A DNA stretch of 64,000 nt, taken from positions 400,757-464,756 of the forward strand of contig NW_027192207.1 in assembly GCF_041956535.1 (NCBI RefSeq), given 5' to 3'. The notes under the pieces were generated by a model. The model did no database searches and was not told the origin of the DNA. It was given only the letters and a program-made list of their open reading frames with translations. The position numbers and the translations under genes are program-made. Below are positions 23,714 to 37,521 of the stretch, piece after piece. This stretch comes from Calcarisporiella thermophila CBS 279.70 (lineage: Eukaryota > Fungi > Calcarisporiellomycota). The stretch's first letter is position 1. The number at the start of each line of letters is the position of its first letter.

Positions 23714-25151
23714 ATGCAGCACAAAGTGGCCATAGTTGGTTCCGGTAATTGGTGAGAATGAACCTCGCACCATAACAGCAATGACTCTTCTCTCACAAAT
23801 TATGGTACAAGGGGTTCTGCCATTTCGAAGATAATAGGCACCAATGTGAAGAAGCAGTCTGACTTCTCTCCTGAAGTGCGAATGTGGGTGTACGAAGAAG
23901 AGCTTGACGGTGAAAAACTCACCCACATAATCAACACAAAGCATGAGAATGTAAAGTAAGTTTAGAAGCGTGGTTCTCCTGGAGAGATACATGCGTAATG
24001 TCTGATCTGAACTCTTTGTGCAATGATATTGCCACCCTTTTACAAAACAGATATTTGCCCGGTATTACTCTCCCAGATAACGTGGTTGCTGTGCCCGAAC
24101 TACTGGACGCATGTGAAGGTGCAACCATTCTAGTGTTTGTCTTACCACACCAGGTTGGTAACTTTTTTTAGCTCGATAGAGTTTGAAAATCTGGCATTTA
24201 ATGCATTGTAATTCAACAGTTTGTAAAGGGAGTGTGTAAGAAACTTGAGGGCCATGTCTCGCCAAATTGCAAAGGAATTTCACTTATTAAAGTAAAACAT
24301 ACCTCTCCAAACTCACTTATATTTTTGCTAACTATATTCCTTTAGGGTCTCGAAACGTCCGAAGGAATGGGTCTCATTAGCCATATCATTTCCAATATTC
24401 TTAAAATCGAAATGAGCGTGCTTAGCGGTGCGAACATTGCTAATGAGGTAGCTGCGGAAAAGTTCTGTGAGACGACGATTGGATCCCCGTCTCGTGAAAG
24501 CGGGGAGCTATTTCGCAAGCTGTTTCACACATCCTACTTCTTAGTGTCAGTGGTTGACGACGTTAATGGGGTGGAGTTATTTGGGGCTCTGAAGAATATC
24601 ATAGCAATTGCAGCGGGCATTACAGATGGATTGGAGTGAGTAGCTGCGCATTGCTCAGTCAAAAATGTATGCTTATCCCCATCCGTTTATCTAGATATGG
24701 AGACAATACAAAAGCAGCCATTATCCGGATGGGAATGCTCGAAATTCTAAAGTTCGGTAAAAAGTTTTATGAGGGAGTTAAAAGTGACACTATCTATCAG
24801 AGCTGCGGTATTGCTGACTTGATTACAACCTGTTACGGAGGGCGCAATCGCAAAGTCGCAGAGGCCCATGCTCGAACAGGAAAGGTAACACCATCTTGAT
24901 CTGATATATTCAATTTGAAAGGAAAAGTGATGAACACCAGATTTCATTAATAGTCGTTCGAGGAGCTTGAAAAGGAGATGCTTAATGGTCAAAAGTTGCA
25001 AGGTACCCTCACAGCAAAAGAAGTGTACACTTTTCTTAAGTCAAAGCAGCTCACCCAGGAATTCCCATTGATGACCACCGTATACCGTGTTTGTTATGAG
25101 GACTTATCCCCATCGGACCTGTTCAAAGAACTTGCAAGGAATTATCGCTAG
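23714..25151 (+). CDS. GPD1: NAD-dependent glycerol-3-phosphate dehydrogenase, multi-exon
   Basis: [77 protein letters not shown]. Confidence 0.96.
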
Positions 25152-25518
25152 ACATGAGGATTAACTGAATGTGTTTTGAGAAGGAGGTTGTTCAAGAACA
25201 TTCCCTCTGAACTCTACATATCCATTGTCACAAATTTCATTGTATGGGAGTACCATGTCTTCAAACTCATGTGATTTTATTGCGCTTTGTATGGAAAACA
25301 ATTGTGTGTAAATGAGAAATATTATCGGTCGAAAAAAAAAAATAATATGGAAATAAAGTAAAAAATTGAGGGTGAAATATCGTAACTAAAGGCAGAAAAA
25401 ATAGGAAGCAATCAATGTAGTTATACACAAACTTTGGTGTAGAAAAAGAGTATTAATATGGTAAACGAAAAAAAACAAGTGCATACAACACGGTAAAGAA
25501 ACGGCTTGGGCAAGGTAT

Positions 25519-26514
25519 TTAGCTAAAAATAGAGACATTTAGAAATACCTCGATAAACGTTTATCTTATTTATATTTACCAAGCGCAACCACTCGATGCT
25601 TGGGGACGGGTCAAATCCAGTGTTCGGGGATTCTGGGCTGCATTTTTTGCACGTTGGTTAGCGGCCAACTGCTCTAGCGGGAGTTTCTGTGCAATTGCTA
25701 GAAAAAGCTCATTAACATTCTCTGCCGTCTTCGCTGAAGTCTCAAAGAAGAGAAGTCCAGCCTCTTCCGCATAGGCCTGTGCCTCCTATTCAAACGCAGC
25801 AAATTAATTAACTATTTTGGATCAAATACGTAATGGATAATGGGCAAGAAAAAACCTGTGTAGAAACAGCACGCTGCGATTCCAGGTCCTTTTTATTGCC
25901 CGCTAGCGCGATAATAATGTCCGGGAGCGCCTGGTGTTTAAGTTCTTTTATCCAAGCCTTGGCTTTTTCTAGTGAGGACGCATGTGATATATCATAGACG
26001 ACTACAGCGCAATTGGCATTGCGATAATACATTGGCGCCAAGCTCTTGTATCGCTCCTGTCCAGCAGTGTCCCAAATCTCGAACTTGACTGTTGTGTTGG
26101 GATCAAGTGATACCGTTTGTGTCAAAAATGCAGCTAAAAAAAAATTATTTTAGTGGATCCCTAGTGGAAGGTTTGCCTCTATTTTGAACAGAGCGTATAC
26201 CTCCGATGGTACTCTCCCTATAATCATCGAACTGATTTTTTACAAATCGCAATACCAAGCTGTACATATGAAAGCAAGCGGAAAACATTATAAATTATAT
26301 TAATTGAGGGGATTACACCTTATTGTAACCTCTAACCTTGATTTTCCAACCGCCGATTCACCTATAGTTTTTATTGGGCCAAGAGACATTGTAAGTAGGA
26401 ATAACGGATAAGGTCATGGCACATTAGGATGAGATTACCAAGAAGAACTAGTTTGAACTGATAAAGTTTTCCAGTGGTTGTCTGAGAAGCCGGACGCCTA
26501 GCGGTGGTGGTCAT
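25519..26514 (-). CDS. Rab5-family GTPase (Ypt52/Vps21-like), 6 exons
   Basis: QFKLVLL|GESAVGKS|SLVLRF...ESTIG|[27 protein letters not shown]; C-terminal CAC* is completed by a final intron 25579-25523. Confidence 0.95.
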
Positions 26515-26752
26515 GCTAATCTATTAGTAAGAAGTGGCCTTTAAATTTCAAAGAACTATATCTTCCCAAAAGAGAAAGTAAAAAAAAGGAGTAAAAATGC
26601 CCGCTTAATCAAAATCCCTAACCGAGAGAATTTTGTGACTGTCATTTGTTGTCTTATTAAGCATGGCGTTTCATGATAATATAAAAACGCGTCTGCTTCA
26701 TCCCTCTTCCCTAATTCATTAAACATATTCCCTACTCTATACTATTATTACA

Positions 26753-27617
26753 ATGCTCAGCTCTGCAGTCCGTTTCTCCCTTAAACCCTCAGTCTTGAAA
26801 TCAGCACCTGCGTTGGTTACTGCGCGTACCAAAGTAACCCTCCCCGATCTTCCCTACGACTATGGGGTAAGTTAGTTATAACAGCGAAAGTGTAGCTTCA
26901 CATATACCAAATACTTTCCACACCATTCAGGCCCTTGAACCTTACATTTCGGGAAAAATTATGGAACTCCATCACTCAAAGCACCATCAAACTTATGTTA
27001 ATTCGTACAATACTGCTGCCGAAAAGCTAGAGGACGCAATCAAAAGCGAGGATGTCGTAGCCCAGATCGCTCTTCAGAATCAAATCAAATTTAATGCAGG
27101 AGGCCATATCAATCACTCTCTTTTCTGGAAGGTTAATATTTTTCACTTTTATACCCTTGCCAATGGTTTTAAACTCATGTTTTGTCATATTGAATAGAAT
27201 CTCGCTCCTTCCAAACAAGGCGGCGGAGAACCCCCCAAAGGAGAGCTATTGAAAAAGATTGAGTTCCAGTATGGTTCACTTCAGCAGTTCATTGAGAAAT
27301 TCAACACGACGACAGCGGCAGTACAGGGCTCTGGTTGGGGTTGGCTTGGATTCAATAAACAGACCAAGGCACTCGAGATCGCAACCACTCAGAACCAAGA
27401 TCCTCTGCTTGGATTGGAACCATTACTTGGAGTAGACGTTTGGGAACACGTATGTTCTAGCGATTAGTTATATCTTTATTTTCTTCTAACTATAATTCCT
27501 TTAAACTAGGCTTATTATCTTGATTATAACAACCGTCGCCCCGATTATCTCAAAGCAATCTGGAATGTTATCAATTGGGAGGAGGTGTCGAAGCGCTACG
27601 CCAAAGCTGCACTCTAA
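26753..27617 (+). CDS. SOD2: Mitochondrial Mn superoxide dismutase, 4 exons
   Basis: Presequence; [44 protein letters not shown]|AYY. Confidence 0.97.
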
Positions 27618-28037
27618 TTTACTCAGAGAGCAACTCTATCAATTTTACCCATTATTTACTTGATTTAGAAACTACCATCTCAACGTTGTTATTTATCGTA
27701 TACTCAACTATTTATTCTCTAGAACTTGTTAAATTCATATGTCAAATTTTTGCGATCAGATTCATATCAGAGTTATGCTCAAGGATCAGTCATATCACAA
27801 AATAAAATACTTGCCAATTTCCATTAAAGTATTTCGTAAATTTCTGATTTACTAGAGTGTCTAGGGAGAAGAAAAAAAGACGCGGATTTTTCACCGCGGA
27901 ATTCCTTCGAAGAGATTGATATTCCTTTCTTCTTTAATGACGTGTTAATTGCGCTAAATCTATCCACTTTGTTCACGCCGACTTATTTTTCTCTGAGCAT
28001 CAAAAAATTTGACGTTCTCGATCTGAACCAAAGAACA

Positions 28038-31000
28038 ATGCTATACGCTGTGACAGCACAGAAGCCGACCTCTGTGCAATTGGCGGTGAAAGGAAATTTC
28101 ACGGGGCCTACGGATCTAAATCTTATAATATGGTGAGCAATAAACCCTCATGCTATACTAGTTTTATTATACTGTTTAAATCAGCAAAATAACAACGCAA
28201 TTTTCACATTTTCACATTTTCTGCGACGTAATCGAAACTAATATTTCTATTATAAATCTAAATAAGCAAGGGAACGCGGATCGAGATTATGCTCGTTACT
28301 GCTGAAGGTCTGAAGCCTCAATTTGACTTCGGGATCTACGGGCGTATAACGGGAATGGAATTGTACAGACCTTCAGTATGTCCCTTTTTAATGGTTACTT
28401 AGCTGCTTGAGATATAATTTATTCCCATTATAGAATCGCTCGACGGATCTGCTCTTCCTTTTTACAGAATCCCTGAAGTTTTGTATTCTTTCATATTCTC
28501 CCGAAAGTGGTCAGATTGTCACTGAGGCAAATGGCGACGCGAGAGATCGGACGGGTAAACCCTCCGAGTATGGACCGATCTCACTTGTCGACCCTAGTAG
28601 TCGAATGATTGGATTGCATTTGTACCAAGGAGTTTTTAAGGTTATTCCCATTGAAACTGCAGCTAGTGGGAAAATGCCTGCCCATCTGGCAGCCTCGCGA
28701 CTGTCACGCTCGAAAGATGTAAAGTATAAAGTAGGCGATTTACACGAGGCATATAATGTTAGGTAGTATATATTGTTATCGTACTTTGGAAGATAGGAAG
28801 AAACTGAAATTTTAATCTAGGCTCGAGGAACTGATCGTACACGACATGTGTTTCCTACATGGATGTCCCAGACCTACTCTAGCAGTGTTGTTCGAAGACG
28901 CAAAACAAGCTAGACACGTTCGCACGTATGAATTCGATTTGCGTGCTAAGGACAAAATCAATGGACCATGGCAATTTGATGATGTCGAGCCAGCTGCCAA
29001 CATGCTAATCCCCGTTCCAGCACCAATAGGTATTTATAGACAATTAAAGTCCAGGCAGAAAAAACACCTTCACTTACAAAAAAATTATTATTAGGCGGTA
29101 TTCTCGTGGTAGGAGAGCAAACCATTACTTATCTTTCTGGACAACAGGATCCTGTCTCATTATCGATGCCTTTAACTGTGATGAAATCGTACGTTATCAC
29201 ATTACATCATACAAATATTCTTTCTATTAAATCTTCTTGGTAAAATTTAGATACGGGAGGGTTGATGAGGAGGGTAAACGTTATCTACTCGGAGATGGTT
29301 TGGGAACATTATACCTGCTGAATCTGTTAGAGCATGGGAGTAGAGTGGAAAATCTAGAAATCACACAACTCGGCGAAGTAAATCTCTTGAATTTTTCTCT
29401 CCCAATACTTCCACGCGTAGGCTTATTATTATTTTAAAATTTCGGCAGACTTCAGCTGCTTCTGCTTTAGTATATATAGATAACAGTGTTGTTTTTGTTG
29501 GTTCTCATGGAGGAGATTCCCAGTTGATACGATTGCGCGATCGCAAGGGCAACGATAACAGTTATGTGGATATCCTCGACACCTACACTAACCTTGCACC
29601 CATTTCTGATTTTTGTGTCGTTGATCTCGAGCGACAGGGGCAAGGTCAGATTATCACTTGTTCAGGGATATATAAGGATGGAACTCTACGGGTAATACGT
29701 AACGGGGTTGGAATCAATGACCAAGCTTTCCTTGAAATGGAGGGAATAAAAGGAGTGTGGTCTCTAAGGCCGACATTCAATTCGGAGTTTGAGGATACTC
29801 TAGTTATCACATTTATTGGAGAGACGCGCGTACTTCAGTTGGCAGGAGAGGAGATGCAAGAGGTAGATGAATTTTATGGTTTCAAAATGGACGAGATGAC
29901 TCTCGCGGCTGCCAACGTGTTGGGAGATTATATAATTCAGGCAACACCAACATGCATATGTCTTATTGATCCTAAAGCGCAGCGACCTATTTCAGAGTGG
30001 AGGCCGCGCGAGGGTCTAAGGATCAATGTTGCTAGTATTAACCCAACGCAGGTGGTTGTAGCTTGTGGAGCAGGCTTGTTAGTTTACCTTGAAATTAGGA
30101 GCACAGAGCTAGTTCAGGCTGGTCAGACACAGCTTGAGCATGAGATTGCCTGCTTGAGTATCAATCCTTTTGATTCTACCCATGCACATTCTTCTCCTCT
30201 GGTCGCTGTGGGACTCTGGACGGATATCAGCGTGCGTTTATTGCGATTGCCAAGTCTGGAACCAATTACAAAAGAGCTTCTAGGAGGAGAGATTATTCCT
30301 CGTTCGGTTCTACTGGCTTCGTTTGAGGGTATACCCTACTTATTTGTTGGGTTAGGTAAGAGAATTACTTGTTACTAACTACAGCGAACATCTTTTTTAA
30401 TTACATAACATATTCACTTTAGGTGATGGTCAACTCTTTAGTTTCGTGTTGGATCCAAAGACGGGTGAACTGAGAGATCGCAAGAAACTTATGCTTGGCA
30501 CACAGCCCATTCATCTGAACACTCTCAAATCCAACGGAGCAACCCATGTATTTGTTGCATCTGATCGGCCGACTGTCATTTATAGTAACAATCAGAAGCT
30601 ACTTTACTCTAATGTCAATTTAAGAGTATGATATACTTTTTTCATACTCCTCCCAGTTGATTTATATATCTTATATTTTAAACTTGAGTAGGAAGTGAGC
30701 TATCTTTGCCCATTCAATTCGCCCTCATTCCCTAATTCGCTAGCTATTACTAGCGAAGAAGGAATGACAATCGGCACCATCGATGAAATCCAAAAGTTAC
30801 ACATTACTACAATTCGACTTGGAGAGTTGCCACGCCGCATCTGCTACCAAGAATCTACACGTACTCTCGGCCTTCTAACAACGAGGATGACCCTAGACGA
30901 TTTAAGTGAGGATGATCAAATATCATTTTTCAAAATTCTCGACACTCAAACTTTTGAACGTAAGTTCCCTATCTTTCACGTGCTCTAATTCTTTTTTTTT

Positions 31001-32120
31001 TTCTAAGCCCATACCTTTATAATACCTAGTTCTTGATGCCTACCAAATGGATACTTATGAATCCATTGAGTCAATAATCTCACTTACGTTCGAGAATGAT
31101 CCGCAAGAATATTTTGTGATCGGCACAGCGTACGCTATTCCCCCAGATGAAGAAGCACGCCGTGGCCGCATTTTAGTTATGCAAGTGACGGAACAGCGAC
31201 AGCTTAAGCAGGCGGCGGTATTGGAACTCAAAGGCGGTGTGTTTGATATGAAACCAATGAATGGTAAGCTAGTGGCAGGCAATAATAACAAGGTAGAATT
31301 ACTTCGATATCAATTTTTGAGTATATAGAGCTAATTTTTTTACTCCATTTAGGTCACAGTCTACAAATGGGAACCTACTGGCATTGCTGAGAGTATGACG
31401 CTTGCACCTGTCTGCACTCATTACGGTTTTACACTTGTATGTAGACTGCAGACACGAGGAGATTTCATCGTCGTCGCTGACCTCATGCGGTCTATCTCTC
31501 TCCTCCTCTTTCGCCAGCAGGATCAAACCCTTGAGGAAATTGCACGCGATTACAACACTAATTGGATGAGATCAGTGGATGCACTTGATGACGATACATT
31601 CGTCGGGACGGAAGAATCCTTTAACTTGTTTGCAGTACAGCGTGTCCCCGAGGTGACCTCGGACGAAGAACGGCGAAAATTACAGGTTGTTGGAGAATTC
31701 CATTTGGGTGAGGGGGTTAACAGATTACGACATGGATCTCTCGTGATGAACTTGCCTGAAACAGAGGCTCTTCCTGCCGTTCCTGTGCTGTTATACGGAA
31801 CAGTGAATGGTGCGCTTGGTGTGTTGGCGATGGTCCGAGACGAAGATACTTTTGCGCTCTTGCGTCAGCTTGAGCAAAACCTAACGAAGGTGATCCAAGG
31901 CATCGGTGGATTCGATCATAAAGAGTGGCGGTCATTCCGTAATGAACGCCGCACGACCGAAGCTTTCAACATTCTGGATGGCGACCTGATCGAGTCATTT
32001 CTAGATTTGAAGCGTCCCGAAATGGAAGCAGTTGTAGCAGGTGAGAAGGGTGGGGTTGCACTGGGCAAAAGTGTTGAAGAAGTTATCAAGATGGTTGAAG
32101 AGCTGATGCGGATTCACTAG
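28038..32120 (+). CDS. DDB1: DNA damage-binding protein 1 (CUL4 adaptor), multi-exon
   Basis: [91 protein letters not shown]. Confidence 0.97.
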
Positions 32121-32547
32121 CTTCGGATATATTCACCTGATTCAACTAAAAGAAAAACTGGATACATTGGATGCCCCGTTTATCTTCCACCCCCTTTCTC
32201 TTGTGTATATATACATATGTTTTTAACCATTTCTAGCTATGTTTGTTCTTTCGGATGGATGCGCTCGGGAAAGGAAAAGAATAAAATAATCAATTTATAT
32301 ATTATATTATATATAAATTCCACAACAAGGCAAAAAGAAAAAGACCCGTCAAAACAAAGAGTTCTCCGCCAAAAACGCAACCACAAGCGTGCAAGAGTAA
32401 ATGAAAAAGTAAACATTAGCAATCCACAAACGGCAAATGAAAAAATAAAAAAGAGAGAAGAGGATAGAAAGAAAACACTGCAGAAATATAAAATATATAA
32501 TAAAAAAAATAAAAAAAATGAAATAAAAATCAAACAACTATGTTCAT

Positions 32548-33846
32548 TTATTCATTTAGGGCAATAACCGTCATCATGGCCAAACCGACAATCATGGCAC
32601 CAAATTCACTAAAGGCTTGCCGAAGATCTGTTGCGCGCTTTCCGGTTACTTCTAATAGCTCAGGAATCACACCGACTGTGGCAATGTAAATAAACCCTCC
32701 GGCAGTGAAGGGAATGACCAAATCGCCAGCGGACAAGTCAGGGATGCCGAAGAGAGCCGAGTGCTCCTTGCTCGATACCGCAGATTTAGTCCACTCTTGA
32801 ATGAGAATGCCGGCGATGGTGCCCATAAATGCACCCACTGCCGTGACGAATTGTGCAGCCATAGCACGCTGTCGCGAGAAGCCTGACTGAATAAGGATGG
32901 CATAATCGCCGACCTCATGTGGTATTTCGTGGAAGAAGACGGCTACTGTGGTAGTGGCACCAATAGCAGGAGAACTGTAAAATGAGGCAGCCATGGCGAG
33001 ACCATCAGTGAAGTTATGAGTCGCATCGGCAAGAAGATTAAGGTAGGCGGAGAGCTTTACACTCCCATTACCAGCACCATTTTTCTGTTGTGTCTGAACA
33101 GCATTTACGTCGTTGGCGTTAGTCTCAGGAGAGGAGGATCTTTTCCTTTGACGAAGACCATCCCGGGATGCCTTTTTCTTGGGGGACTTCTTGCTGCCAT
33201 TTGCCTTTCCGTTTCGTTTCTTCTCCTCTCCCGAATCATTCGAATATGTATGGTTAACTTCTTCATGTCCGTGGGCGTGTCCATGTGCATGTCCGTGGGA
33301 ATGTCCGTGAGAGTGTCCATGGGAATGAGAATGTGTGTGCTCGCCTCCGTTAAGCACTCTCATCATCTTATCCATCACGAAAAAGAAGCCCAACCCCCCG
33401 AAAATTCCCAGGCCTAGAATCACATTCTTCTTTTCATCCACTCGAACCATCACATCGCCCTCACCAACGTGCTCGCCCATGAATGTGTGTGGTAATAAGT
33501 GCAAGAACACGTCACCCAGTAGCCCACCCACTGCAAAACTAACTAGGGTGTTGAGTGAGGCTGGATCAATATTCGGCGGAACAAAATAGAGTAGCAAGTT
33601 TGGGATGATCGAAATATAAAACGTGCCAAGCAGCGAATTCACTGCCGGTCCGGCTGGAAACAGTACACTAAATATGTGCCGCATGAGTGAAACATCGTGA
33701 GGGGACGCACTGCATTGGGTTCCAGGGGCACAATGCTGCGAGTGAGGATGTGATGCAAAAGATGTTCTAAGCATTCCGAGAAGAATGAATGAGATGGCCA
33801 CATAGAAGACGGTGCAACGGTTGACCCGTTGAAAAATAGATCCCAT
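32548..33846 (-). CDS. YKE4: ZIP7/Yke4-type ER zinc transporter (intronless)
   Basis: SFAVGGLLGDVFLHLLPH, His-rich GHSH repeats, YLNLLADATHNFTDGLA, FFHEIPHEVGDYAIL, PFTAGGFIYIATV. Start taken at MGSIFQR. Confidence 0.94.
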   Translation of the reverse strand: MGSIFQRVNRCTVFYVAISFILLGMLRTSFASHPHSQHCAPGTQCSASPHDVSLMRHIFSVLFPAGPAVNSLLGTFYISIIPNLLLYFVPPNIDPASLNTLVSFAVGGLLGDVFLHLLPHTFMGEHVGEGDVMVRVDEKKNVILGLGIFGGLGFFFVMDKMMRVLNGGEHTHSHSHGHSHGHSHGHAHGHAHGHEEVNHTYSNDSGEEKKRNGKANGSKKSPKKKASRDGLRQRKRSSSPETNANDVNAVQTQQKNGAGNGSVKLSAYLNLLADATHNFTDGLAMAASFYSSPAIGATTTVAVFFHEIPHEVGDYAILIQSGFSRQRAMAAQFVTAVGAFMGTIAGILIQEWTKSAVSSKEHSALFGIPDLSAGDLVIPFTAGGFIYIATVGVIPELLEVTGKRATDLRQAFSEFGAMIVGLAMMTVIALNE

Positions 33847-34752
33847 TTTTATATACAGATTTTCAGCGGCAGGAAAAGAGCGTAGGTGACGTTGAAGGAG
33901 TATAATAAATATAAACAAGGAGCGAATGAGTAAAGAATGGAGAGCAGAGATGGTGCTGTGGCTAAGTAGAGATGCCGATCCCACCGTGTTATTTTGGGGT
34001 GACTGAGTATCGAAAGACAGCACAGAACGGCAATATTCTGTGAAGAGCTCGATGATTTCACACCAAGTCGATGAATAAAGCAGGGAGAATAAGAATACCG
34101 TGAGCCCTTGTCACAGGCCGAGTCATCGAATTGAAAATTTTCGATCTCCACGGCTCCTACTCGAATTAATAAAACTCCCCCTGTTGCTCCAAGAACCGTT
34201 TTTTCTTGACGAGTCTTGAATTCAAACCTTAATCAAAGGGCATCCTCTACTAAATGCGAAATAATAGTCTAACTTCTTATTATACAGTTTTCAGGATAGA
34301 CTTTACCCTGAAGTCACTGAAGAAAACATCGCTCCATCTTCCTTATCCGCCACTGCTACTATGAGCCCTTGCTTATGGCTTTATCGATTCCAATTTCTTG
34401 TAGAATCACAAGTGCTCGGATGCATGATGCTCACATGCTTTCAAAGCCCACTTTTCGTCATGCATTTTTTTGATGCGAAAGGGACATGACAGAATGATCC
34501 ATGTAGTCTCTCTGATAAAACTTTGCGTTTTTATCTCACGGTATATAATAATATTCTTGCTTTTTGATAATTAATACAAATTGCCCGGATTGATAAATAA
34601 ATTTCAGTGTCTTCTAAGTCCAAAAAAAAACATTTATATTTATTTTGTTCCTTCTAGTGTAATATAAAAAAACATACGAAGAATTTCCTCCTCAAGCTTG
34701 AAAAAAAAAAGTAAATTGAGATTAAAATGAGTGTAAGAACAGAAAGAGACGT

Positions 34753-37036
34753 TTAGTCAATTTTGATTGAGCCATAGATCTTGCGTACAAAGATCAAGCA
34801 TGCAAAGAACCCAATAGTGCCGGTCAGCACAAAGAAGATCAGTACAAAGGTGAAACTCCAGCCGAAGTAGAGAATCGTGCTTGTGAGAGAGTCAATATTG
34901 AGCTTACTGAAGTAGTAGAGCATTGAGTAAAGCATCACATATATTGAGCTCGCTCCACTCGTGAGGAAGGCACGCCACCACCAGTTGTAATCCTCAGCGC
35001 ACAGGTGGAAGTAGCACATCAGTATTGTGACCTCGCTACAGGTTAGGATCAACACACCAAAGACAAGGAACAAGAAGCCAAACACGTAATAGAGGCGGTG
35101 GAACCAGATGCTGTTCATAATGAAGTAGAGCTCGATGAAGATGGCTCCGAATGGGAGGACGCCGCCCATAAGCATCGAGGGGATTGGTTTCAAATAAAAG
35201 ATTTGATCTGGAATTTGGCGAGGAATCTGGTTCGTGCGCACAGGGTGTTCAATTCTCTGTACCATTCAATTGTTCAAACAAGAAGATAAAATGTCCCATG
35301 AGTGAAGGCATTGGAAATGGATGCAAGATGTTATACATACCGCCTTCTTAAAACCAAGGTAGGATCCAACAAAACTAAGTGGAAGAGAAATCAGGAACCA
35401 TAGACCGACAATAACGAGCATAGTGCCAAATGGAACTGCACCCGAGGAATCAGCGCCCATCAGGAAGAAGTTGAGGATGAGCATAATCGTGAAAATAAGG
35501 CTAATATTTGTTTCAGGTCAGCTAATTAACAAATGCTATATTGCAAAAAATAATTAAGAGAAGCAAAATTACCCAGGGAAAAGAACAGAAGTGAGGATAA
35601 TATTCAACTTCCACTTCTCTCCACCGATCATCTTATACATGCGAGCCGATACATAGCCAGCCACGCTACCGAAGAGCAAGAAGAATATGATCATGACAGT
35701 AGCCAGCGAACCACGATTCGAAGGTGAGAGGAAGCCAAGAATAGCAAATACTAGAAAGATTAAAAAAATGAAATGAGATGATTTCCTCGCGCTCTTGAAG
35801 GAAGCTTAGATTTACCAAGTGTAATAGCCGTCATACAAATTAACTGTGCTCCATTGCCAAGTAGCACTGAGAGGAGCATTCCATGAGAGGGTGCACGGAA
35901 AACGTCACCATGAACGAGTTTCCAACCGAAATCTTCTTGGAGATCCTCCTGTACTTCTGCCGAGTTGTATCTTGCGATATCTTTGTGAAGAGCACGGAGC
36001 AGGATCATTGCAACCATACCAGTAAGGAAGAGAACGATGAGAATGGAGTTGACTAGTGAGAACCAGTGAATTTTCTGGTCATAAACGTGCAAGTAGAGGT
36101 CCCAACGAGTAGCCCACGGAGTGTCCGAATACTGTTAATAATAGGAGTAGGTCTCAAGCAGGGTTTCGAGGCAAAATCTCAACAAAAAAATAGGCAACAT
36201 ACCTGCCATTTCACACTGTACGTATAGGTAACCTTATTGTCATGATTCTCATCCAGCATAACCGGCGTGTTCGTGTTACATATCGGCTTCCCCGTTGCAT
36301 CCATTTTAATATCCAGACTCCTGGGTGTAACAAGTACACCGACAACGCGGTAAGTTTCCTTGTTTTTGTTATGGAACTGAATTGTAATATCATAATGGTT
36401 GTGCAGTATCGGGCGATCGCCCTGTAATTCACCGAGTTCGAAACCAACACTATAAAACTCTTCGCCGGTACGATCATCCCTCTTGGGGCGTGCAGCAGGT
36501 AAACCGTCAATAATCCAGTTTATACCATATCCTTCACGAATTTGGTCATTAATGAACTTGGCATCTTCCTTGGGGATAACGTCAGATGTACAGAGAAGTT
36601 TGCATTCTTCTGTCTTTTGCATTTGAATCTAAAAAACATACACGCACGCAAAGGTTATATAAACTCCCCGCAAATAATTAGTTCACCCATCTCAGTCTAA
36701 ACTTACATCGAAAAGTGAGTTTTGAATGCGATCACCAAACAATACACTTCCCAGGCCTCCAGACTGGCTTTCGATAGGGTGGGGGGGACAAAAATGGAAT
36801 TCTTTTTTATAATAGTCGAACGAAATTACGCTTTTGAGCTGCTGATCGCGCGCCGATGACATGGGAGTCAGCGCATTGACATAGAGCTCCACTTTATCGC
36901 CTTTTTTGTAGTCCTTGGGGGCCATACCAGGGAGATAGAAGCCATTAGCTACCGTGGTAAGACTCGCAGCTAACACGGTAAAGATGGCTGCACGTGGGAG
37001 CCAGCTTGCCCACGGACGACGAGATGATGATGACAT
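34753..37036 (-). CDS. EMP70: TM9SF / endomembrane protein 70 family, multi-exon
   Basis: Signal peptide, FYLPGMAP, TPWATRWDLYL, IHWFSLVNS, GWKLVHGDVFR, PVRTNQIPRQIP, GGVLPFGAIFIEL, C-terminal KID motif. Confidence 0.96.
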
Positions 37037-37521
37037 GGCTTTTGCTTAAGATAAAAATAAAATGAAATTGAATCCGAATACGACTTATCCACCCTCCCTT
37101 TTCTAAGCCTCAATACGGGAATTTACTGTAGAGCGAAGGATCAACCTCCCCTCTCTTTGATTTAGCCTGGATCAGGGGTATAAAAGATATTAAAATTAGC
37201 ACCACTGATTGACTTGATATTAAATTTCCTCGCAGGGTAATCCTATATCCAATTATTGAAACGCCCTTTTACCGAGGATACATCATTGACTACGCTAAAA
37301 ACCCAAGTTTAAATTTACTTAGACGGACATGATTCTCTATTTTATTCGAGGTGCCCGTAGCTCAAAAATCCAAAACGATGATTAGTTAAAATCCCCATTA
37401 ACTGAAAAGAGCTCAAAGAGCATTGTTGTTTTAATATATATCATTTCTATTTGAGAAAGTCCCATGAATAAATTATTTACATCTGAAACTAAGAAATATT
37501 TATATAAAACAGAGTTCATCC

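Noticed and set aside
32217-32567. Lys-rich and Phe-rich ORFs between DDB1 and ZIP7
   Set aside because: Translation of an A/T-rich 3'UTR; low complexity.
34250-34520. Branch-point/acceptor-like signal and ATGATGC...CTGA on the plus strand
   Set aside because: Imperfect C box, no recognisable rRNA guide and no coherent ORF; cannot support a gene.
37255-37285. GCCCTTTTACC resembling U5 snRNA loop I
   Set aside because: Extra C versus the invariant GCCUUUUAC, and no convincing closing stem or Sm site.
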